Shown here: piece after piece, positions 55,285 to 64,000 of the stretch
How positions within the stretch are numbered: position 1 is the stretch's first letter
Layout of the letters: the number at the start of each line of letters is the position of its first letter
DNA from: Eledone cirrhosa
Lineage: Eukaryota
DNA length: 64,000 nt
Assembly: GCA_964016885.1 (NCBI GenBank)
Contig: OZ024753.1
Location: forward strand, 29,946,001 to 30,010,000
Direction: 5' to 3'
Program-made: the position numbers and the translations under genes
Notes under the pieces: model-generated
What the model was told of the DNA's origin: nothing
What the model saw: the letters and a program-made list of their open reading frames with translations, nothing else
Database searches by the model: none

Positions 55285-55397
55285 CATCATCATCATCATC
55301 ATCTTACGTTCGCTTTTCCCTGCTTACAAGGGTTGGACGAGTCCTATTCAGCACAACATCTCTCCACTTGTCACGGTCCTTTGTCATCTCGTCGGTG
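55285..55397 (-). mobile_element. Short RTE 3' end insertion between ~134-bp direct repeats
   Basis: Homologous to 1933..2045; direct repeats at 55151..55284 and 55398..55530. Confidence 0.8.
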
Positions 55398-55879
55398 ATA
55401 CCATGGGGTTGAGCAGATGGCAAGACTGCTCACACACATGCAAATGACGGTGAAACACTCCATCTTGTAAACGACTCTTGTAATACATCTTCTGATTGAT
55501 GTGAAGGACTCTGTTTTCGAATGCATGCATAGCCAGAGGTTGTATTTATTTTGCCAATGGTGTTAGCAGAATTCATAAGCAAGTGTGAGTAGGCAATTAG
55601 GAGCAATGAAACTTCAGTTTCATTGCTCCACCAGGATTCAGAAAATGAACACCAGCAATATCCTGGATTTCAGCAGATGAATTTCATTTCTTCTTTCAAA
55701 GGATGTAATGTAGCTTAGGAAAACAAAACTATTGCTAGCTCTTAAATAGTATTCACTTCAGATTCCCTAATAGAAATGTTTCTACAATAACTGGAAAAAG
55801 CCAATGACTGTTGTAGAATAAAAACTGAGTTCTCATTTTGTTTTCCTCATCTGGTTTTATCTGAAGGAGCTACAAAGTT

Positions 55880-56125
55880 CATTATCATCATCATCACCAT
55901 CATTTAATGTTCATTTCCCATGCTAGCATAGGTTAGACGAGCTGTCCTGCTGTGAGACAGAACTGATTTGGGGTTGGTTTCTACGGCTGTGTGTCCTTCC
56001 TAACGCCAACCACATTTACACTGTGTACTGGGTGCTTTTTGTCACAACACCTACACGACCACTTTACAGTGTGTACTGGGTATTTTTTGTCGTGACACCT
56101 ACACGACCACTTTACAGTGTGGACT
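55880..56125 (-). mobile_element. RTE-tail repeat ((ATG)n tail, ccttcctaacgccaacc motif)
   Basis: Recurs at ~7600..7775, 16700..16875, 38520..38680, 38860..39030, 45320..45430, 49480..49580. Confidence 0.65.
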
Positions 56126-56593
56126 ATGTATGATATTTAAACAGTCTCATCTGAGTTTAACATTGATGATCTGGTTAAATGCTGTATTTTGTAGTGTCAT
56201 TTGCTGTAATTTATATGACCTTTCTTGGTTTAGGAAACTGACTGGAGTATTTTATTATAAATAATTTGGTAATGATTTGGAAAATAGTTTCTATTTCTAT
56301 TTTGGAGTTGTAATTGTCTGGAAAGTGGCTTGGTCTATGACCATGTGTTGAAACTAAACCAATTACTGTGTGGAAGAATCATTTTAGCCATTAAAAAAAC
56401 ACATAAATTCTGTTGACTTTACTTTATATATAACATTTCTTGGTGTCTGTGATCTGGTCACTGACACAGTTCCACTGCAAATATAAACAATTATGGAATG
56501 GGAGAGTCATTTTAGCCATTTAAAAATGAGTTGTTTGATCGCTTGCCTTATGAGCCACATCCTATAGAGACCACTGCTCGAAAAAGGTTGCCC

Positions 56594-56807
56594 AACCCTT
56601 TAGCATTTAAACCGGCTTTATCCGGCCAGAATTTTCTCACCTCTTTCTGTTCAAACCAGATGTAACCAGCCACTCATACTGATGTTAAGCTATTGTTCTC
56701 AAAATAAATAATATTAAAATCTCATAGATTCGATATTATGTGAAGTAATGCCTTTACTGTGAAAATACAATAGTATATATAGAGTATTGTAAATGCTAAA
56801 GGGTTAA
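56594..56807 (+). mobile_element. MITE family A
   Basis: TIRs and body. Confidence 0.85.
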
Positions 56808-57965
56808 ATTACTAATTATTTCATTACTAACCTTATGGTTTTTATTTAAAATTTGGAAGAATTTAAATAGGAATCCTTTAAAATTGGTAGTTCTGTTTCA
56901 TAGAACTAGCGTCAGTATTGGTCAGTTTGGTATCAAAAAGAGATTTTACTTTCTATAATTTAATTATTATAAAAGCATTAATCGTTTCATTCATAATTTA
57001 TGCTAGCTTTGACCCATAAAACAAATTTTATATATTTTAAACTACATTTAGGCAAAAGAGAGGGGCAAACAGAAACAAGGAATAATTTAAGTGAAATATT
57101 TGCAGCCCCAATACTGCCACATCCTAGGTCTAGAGCCCATCACCTTCCCCATTCCTCATTCCCATTCTTCTGTGACCCTAGAGCCCTTGCCTTTTCATTT
57201 GTGTGTCTATCTTTAATTTTTATAGATAGCTTTAGTATATTGAAAAGTCTTCTAGTTTTCACACTAGTCTATGTTTTAGATAACCAATGTATACAAGGAT
57301 TATCTTTCAAGAAAATTTAGCTATCAGGAAATACATTTCAGGTGTTATTCTGTGAATAGACTAGCAACTAACATATTTGTCAAGCAAATGTATTATGGAA
57401 ACAGCTGTTTTAACAATAGAGAGGAATCTATAGATTTAACATACATTTGATCAAGACTGTTCATTTAATTTTGTGTACGGTTGGAACTGTTACTTCAAGA
57501 AGGATAAAATTTGACCTAAAGCTTCATTTTAAAATTCCAGGACTGCAAGTGATCAAGCAGCTCATTTCATCAAATCATAGAAGTTAATCTAGTATTTCAC
57601 AACTTTTTCAGGCAATGTTATTAAAAATCAGAATGGATAAGAAGGCAAGATAATGCATTGCAGGAGGAGAGCATAACATCCAGCATAAATATGTTTGGAT
57701 AAATAGTCAGCCTATTTTTAAATTGGCAGTTATATGGGAAATTTTTGAAACACCTTACTCTGAAATTTAAGATTTTAATAACTCTACTGTGCTATGCTAT
57801 AGCTTCAGAAATATTTTCAAACGTTTCAAACTGATTAGGAAATTCAATATTATCAACGCTTTACAGAAGACACTACTAAAAGCAGTCAGTTAATGTGTGT
57901 GTGTGTATGTATATATATCATCATCATCATCATTTTACGTCCACTTTTCCCTGCTTGCAAGGGTG

Positions 57966-58007
<42 letters not shown>

Positions 58008-58079
58008 AAAAATAAAATTAGAATTTAATGTATACTTAAGAAAATACTATATATTTTCAACAGATTGGCAGAGAGGTAT

Positions 58080-58122
58080 ACAGTCCTGATGAGGGGTAAT
58101 GACCCAGAAACATGTTGATTGT
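58080..58122 (+). ncRNA. Minimal type I hammerhead ribozyme
   Basis: ACAGTC-CTGATGA-G-GGGT-AATG-ACCC-A-GAAA-C-AT-G-T-T-GATTGT. Stem I 6 bp (one G.U), stem II 4 bp behind a G.A first pair, palindromic stem III ACATGT. Lies in a ~250-bp island between TA tracts. Confidence 0.7.
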
Positions 58123-58723
58123 TCCTCAATGCCAGTGTTGAACAGCAGATGATGATCAGTCATTGGCACAGCACAGCTTTAATCAGGCCATTTGTTTACA
58201 AACAAATCGAATATTATTATTGATGTTCGATATAAACCCATATTTACATGTGTGTGTATATAAATATATATTGCGTGTGTGTGTATGTATGCATACTTAC
58301 ATATATATATGTATATATTTAATGCAAAGAATTACTACTGCTGCCTAGCTTGCTTACAAACCAGTTTCTATGTCCTATTGACCAACTGTCCTTTATTTGC
58401 AATGATCTACAGTCTAATCAATGCAACCATTTCACCAACATTTATATTAATACTAGGTTTTCAGAATAGTGATACATTACAACACCAGAGTAACAGGTGT
58501 AGTTGTCAGGAGAATCTAAGCCAGACATTTTCATCTACTGTGCTACAACACGTAAGTGTATGGTATAGTCTACAAGTGTGCCACATATGGTGGGCCATAT
58601 GTTTTTTGAGGCAAGTTGGAACATTCCAGGATATTGAGGAAACTTTGTATTTTTAACCCTCTTGATGTCAACCTAGTTAAAGCTGGCATCGGTTCTATGA
58701 AACAAAATGGCCTATTTTAAAGG

Positions 58724-58927
58724 GAGCATTTAAACCAGCCATAACCAGCCAGAATTCTCTCATCTCTTTCTGTTGAAACTGGCTGACCGGCCACTCATAC
58801 TGATGTTAAGGTATTGTTCTCAAAATAAATAGTATCAAAATCTCATAGATTTGATATTATGTGAGGTTAAGCCTTTACCATGAAAATACAATAGTAAATA
58901 TAGAGTAATGTAAATGCTAAAGGGTTA
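58724..58927 (+). mobile_element. MITE family A nested in a family B copy (58653..59080)
   Basis: Body and right TIR; flanks match family B. Confidence 0.75.
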
Positions 58928-59719
58928 GATTAAAATATTCCCACATATGTTTATATATGTTAAGTTACTATTATACCTTAGTTATGAAATAATTAATAAT
59001 TTTAGTAAATCCTTCAAAATGCTTCATTAATCATTTGAAATAGAATGTATTTTATTAGAAATACTGTCATAAAAGGATTAATGGAACCTGCCAATGTGAC
59101 AAAGAACAATTCATACACACATATCTCTGTTTTGAAACAATTTTAATGCTTGTGTCTTTTATATAATGAAACTTTTGAAAAGCTAATGGTGTGCCATAAC
59201 ATTTTTAGGATTTAATTTGGTGTGCCGTGGATTGAAAATGGTTGACAATCACAGCTCTATAGTATCTAGATTGACATTTGTATAACAAGATATTTTAGTT
59301 CTCCAAGTAAAGAATACAAAGGCAGTATTTACTGTAAAACAAAATATTTTAGTTCTAGTAAAGAATACAAAGGCAGTATTTACTGTTTAACAAAGTTCCT
59401 GATATAAGGTGCTCAGAAGGTCCTGTTACTCTATATTTTTCGAGGCAACTTGTAATTACAGGAGCTAGCAATACAATACACTGAAACACTATTTAGTCTA
59501 GAGTAGGATGACGTTCATTTTGCGCTGTAAATTATATAATACTAAACACAATAGGTTGGATAGATAAAAGACAATTTTTTTTTTTTTTTTTTTATTGTTT
59601 AGCAACATAAAAAAGTAATTAGTTATCTGTTAAAATATATCTTATCAAGTTTTGAAAGTTCTATTCTTTTCAAAATGAAAAGTAGTCTATTTCTGTTGCT
59701 GAGTTATATATATATATTG

Positions 59720-59850
59720 TAGAGACTCGGGGTCCAACGGCTGAACTCTTGCCATTTTGACAGCAAATTCCAGTTTCGAATATGCTGTTGAAATGGCAAG
59801 CATTCAGTCATCGCCTTCTGACTCTCTACTATCCCAAGTATCAAGAACTC
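59720..59850. mobile_element. Diverged copy of the hairpin family
   Basis: Imperfect inverted arms (gtagagactc...ttgccattttgacagc / gctgttgaaatggcaa...gactctctac) next to a TA tract. Confidence 0.5.
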
Positions 59851-60311
59851 TTACTAATTTAAAACTGCTATGATCGCGATATTAATATATATGTATAAGA
59901 ATAAGATTAAGAAAGATGTTGTGATTACATAAAGCGTCTATTCATTATAATTATTTTTATGGCTACCCTTATGGAATCCAAGATACAGTATTTACATTTG
60001 TTGTTGGTATGGGAGTGATTTCTTCAGATGAATATTCGTTTATGTGATATGCTGCAGGCAAAAACATGTTCTTCTTATTGCATGCCCGGCAACTATAGTA
60101 GAAGCCATTGCAATTATTCTGACCTTGCTGCCTGCAAAACTGCTTGATGATAATGTGCAAAGGAACAAGCCTCAGAGCAAACTCAGGACAATATGTTCGG
60201 TGTATGTTTGTGTGTGAAAATTAACAAGGAAAGACAACATGGCGAATATTACTGTACAATGATAATATGTACTAGATTAACGCTTAAGATATGTGTGTAT
60301 ATGTGTATATA

Positions 60312-60736
60312 TGCTGCAGTAGAGTCTGTGCTGCTGTACTTCTGAAACTTGGACACTGACCAAGAAACTCATTCAGATGGTGGTTGGGTGCTACACGAGA
60401 ATGCTGAGGATGGCTCTGAACATTAATCAGTATACACTGAGGATGAAAAACTCAGAGCTGTATGGGAGCCTCCCAAAAGTCAGCTCAAAAGTGACACAGA
60501 GGAGACTGAGGTTAGCTGGACATGCTCACCGGCATCCAGAGTTGACATTGCACTCAGTGCTCCTGTGGGAGGCCGTACATGGACACACTGGAAGAGGAAG
60601 ACCAAGGTTAACGTATGTTGATGCCCTAAGGACAGACACTGGTCTGTTGGAGACGCAGGACATGGCAACGATAATGAGGGACAGAGACCGCTGGAGAGAA
60701 CTCGTCCATGGATCTCGGGAATTTTACCTGCCCTAG
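60312..60736 (+). mobile_element. RTE/RTEX-like LINE 3' fragment (different family)
   Basis: VESVLLY-SETWTLT...YTRMLRMALNI...RRLRLAGHAHRH...GRGRPRLTYVDAL...DRDRWRE. Confidence 0.85.
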
Positions 60737-61648
60737 AAAAGAATGTGTGTGTGTGTTCACAGATGTAGATACATTTACATTATATAGTAGAAATAATGAG
60801 ACATTTGAAACTGCATCAGTTATTTTAAATATTCATATATTTGTTCTATTTCATATTTGCTTTAGAAGTTTGGGCTTTTTTGGTATTACTAATGGTTCAC
60901 TGTTTGCTATTAGCTTCAGAGATACCAACCCACCTGAGACTGCCCGTGGTTTTATCATACAAGGCCTTCCCTTTTTAATGTTCATATTTAAATTCAAACT
61001 TATCAACATAATTTTATGTAAGAGCCTTTGTTATCATTTGTGTTCTAAACCTCAATTTAATGATGAAAGTGCCAGTTATTTTATTTAACTCTTTTGATAC
61101 AAACTCCCAATTAAATATATATATATATATGTTCTACATTTTTTCAGGTCTTTTCTGTTTTGGGTCCATTGCAGAACTAATTATTAATAAATATTTCTGA
61201 ACCATTAGATGATATAGAAAAACCTTTGACTAAAAAAAATGTTCATATAATGTCACTCACATACACATACACCAAAGCTGTTTTTAGTTTTGTCCTCAGG
61301 ACCCTACATAATGGGTGGTTTCATATTTGTGTCAATAGATTCCGCTCATTATATTCTAAGCAGAACCATAACTATTCCCCACCCTACACGCCCTTTGTCT
61401 CTGTTTCTCCTTTTCTAATTTATATATATTTGTTTAGTGGTTTCAGTCATTAAACTACAGCCATGCTACATCACTTCTTTTTAAGGGTTTACTCAGTTGT
61501 AACACTCCCAGTACTTATTTGATCAGTCTCTACTTGTTGAACCATTAAGTTATAGGATTTAAAGAGATACAATACAATCAGCAACACAGAAACATAAACA
61601 CAGATGTGGACAGACAGACAGACAGACAGAGGCGCACACACACACATG

Positions 61649-61697
61649 TGGTTGTGATGTGAATTTCTTAACCACACAGCCATGTCTGCACCTATAC

Positions 61698-61794
<97 letters not shown>

Positions 61795-61846
61795 TATGTA
61801 TAGGTGCAGACATGGCTGTGTGGTTAAGGAGTTCCCATCACAACCA
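61649..61846. repeat. 53-bp inverted repeat around a ~92-nt (CA)n spacer
   Basis: Arms 61649..61701 and 61794..61846. Confidence 0.9.
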
Positions 61847-63055
61847 AGTATATGAAGGTGCATGGCTTATTTTGCAGTCATGCCTGTTTCAATTATAACT
61901 GATATTTCTATGTACTTGAACTAGTTTTGTTGATAATACAATTATGTTTACTGATAATAAAATATTGGTTTTAAAAGTATGTAAAGCATCATAAATAGTG
62001 ATATAGAAATGTAATATTATGTAATATGCTCTGTGGTTTATAAAGAGAAGTTTGGAGACAAACATAGGTAGGTAATAGTGATCTGTAGGAAAGATCTTCA
62101 TAGAAACGATTCTTCGCAAACATAAGTGTAACATGGAAATGATGTTTCATGCCATCCATATGTATCGAAAGATTAGCAAAGAACCATTCAGGGCAGCATC
62201 AGCTTGACAAAAAAAATTATCTATAAAGATGAGCAAGTATCTGGAAGTAGCAAATATTGAAATGCTATGGAAAATGATGTGAATGTATTACAGGGGGAAA
62301 AAAAATTGAGTGAAGTAGATTAAAAAGAAAGAAAATTAATGTGAAAAAATGTTGCAACAGTTGAGCAGACATAAGGAATATTAAAAGTGAAGATAACGGT
62401 TAGAGAAGTAAACATCTTTGTATATAAGAGATTAGATAGACTATCAAATAGCCAGTGAATAAGAAGACTTTTCTGAAGCCACAAAACCATTGAAATATTG
62501 TTCTTAACTTCCAACTAACATTTGTAAGATGCTGAAAGCAATAATTAGTAATCTACAAACCTTAAAATCTTTCTCTTCTCTTAGCAACCATCAGTATGGT
62601 TCTTAAAAGCTTGATCCACTGGTGATCTACTTTTCTGTGTGATATAGTAATTCAATTTTATTTTATTTTATGGCGTCTAGCTTTAGGAAACTACAGTGAA
62701 ATGAAAGTTATTTGATATTAGCCACCATTCCTTTCACAAAGTGTAGCATATATACCTCTTAACCAGATTCCGTTGCTGTGGACTATGCCCAGAACTAATT
62801 TTTTGTCATATTTCTCAGCTTATTTACAACTATATAGAATATTTTTTTAGGCTGCCATTCAGAAAGCCAAACAGGTCACTGACTGATCTATAGTTACAGG
62901 CTAAGGCAGTAAAATCAAATTTCAACTTTATACCAAACTGCCTAAAACCACTGAGTGATTCTATGAGACAAAACCGTTTGTTTTTAAGTATTTATATCTA
63001 AATTTAAATCTTCCACCATAACTTTATGTAAGGAATTTTTGTTCTAAAAATCAGC

Positions 63056-63264
63056 TTAACCCTCTAACATTTAAACCAGCCATATCTAGCCAGAATTCTT
63101 TCACCTCTTTCTGCTTAAACTGGCCATAACTCGCCACTCATACTGATGTTAAAGTATTATTCTCAAAATAAATAATATCAAAATCATAGATTTGATATTA
63201 TGTGAGATAAAGCCTTTACTGCGAAAATACAATAGTATATATAGAGTAAATGCTAAAGGGTTAA
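63056..63264 (+). mobile_element. MITE family A nested in a family B copy (~62925..63358)
   Basis: Inserted at cagcTTAA; the empty site gccagcttaataatgag is seen at ~11543..11559. Confidence 0.85.
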
Positions 63265-64000
63265 AAATGAAAACACTGGTTATTTTACTAATTCCTTCAA
63301 AATTATTTGAAAATCATAGACAGTCTTTCATTAAAAATGTGGTAAGAAAAAGGGTTAATGCTACACAGAATTGTGTGTTTATTGTTCTAAATTCATTATC
63401 ATCAACTTCGTTTTTATCTTTCTCTGGTTTATAAATGAATATCAGTGAATTATACTGGAGTCAGTTCTAACAATTTTACTCCTTTCTACAAAACTGGCCT
63501 TGTGCCTAGTTGAAAGAAATCTTTAACTGCTAGCAGATATATAAAACTTCTCATCATAATCATTATCACAACTGTAATTATATTTCTTCAGCTATTTACG
63601 TATTTTAGAATACTTAAATTCCACATGGCCTCAAACTGAGGCAAACTTTAATACATTATTATATATCTTTATAGATATTTCTAACTGGGTAGTTTGATTT
63701 CTTTATTGACTTTTCTTTTTAAACACTATTTTATGCTTACAAATCAATATTTTTTATTGATCTGTTGACTTCATCATATTAGCCATCATTCAGCAGTGAC
63801 TGCCTTCTCCATCAAGACAGGACTTTTTTTTAGCAACTTTAAGCTATAATTTGCATTTAAAATTTTTGAAATACTTTCTTAACTTTTTGAATAAAAGATT
63901 TTCATGCATGACTGAAAGCCAACACTTTTTCTCTTTACTCGTATTTTAGAAATCTCTTATTTACCAATTTTGATAGGTTTTCGTCTGTTTTTAAGCCATT

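Noticed and set aside
60235-60244. CAACATGGCG YY1/Kozak-like motif
   Set aside because: Isolated, followed by a short frame with no convincing donor.
50526-64000. Next RNF38/44 exon
   Set aside because: No phase 2 acceptor with a plausible open frame found by eye; probably beyond the window.

Overview
AT-rich, microsatellite-dense eukaryotic DNA. The repeat repertoire (tRNA-derived SINEs, RTE LINE relics, very many TA/CA/GA/CAT microsatellites) looks like an octopus or coleoid cephalopod genome; this is an inference. Only one protein-coding exon is well supported: 50332..50525 (+), matching the N-terminal exon of the RNF38/RNF44 RING E3 ligase family, so most of the window is probably its introns or upstream region. 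The rest is transposon-derived: 13 copies of a ~225-bp TTAA/piggyBac-type MITE, an older TTAA MITE, two or three SINE families, RTE, Vingi-like and CRE-like LINE fragments, hAT and Tigger-type MITEs, and a non-autonomous Helitron. The most notable signal is a set of short elements, mostly in or beside (TA)n tracts, carrying type I hammerhead ribozyme folds (CUGANGA...GAAA). Several are arranged as large near-perfect foldbacks (8.0-8.5 kb, 33.0-33.6 kb, 49.8-50.2 kb). They resemble Penelope-like pLTR or retrozyme derivatives of several distinct families. Almost all supplied ORFs are microsatellite artefacts. All folds and alignments were done by eye.
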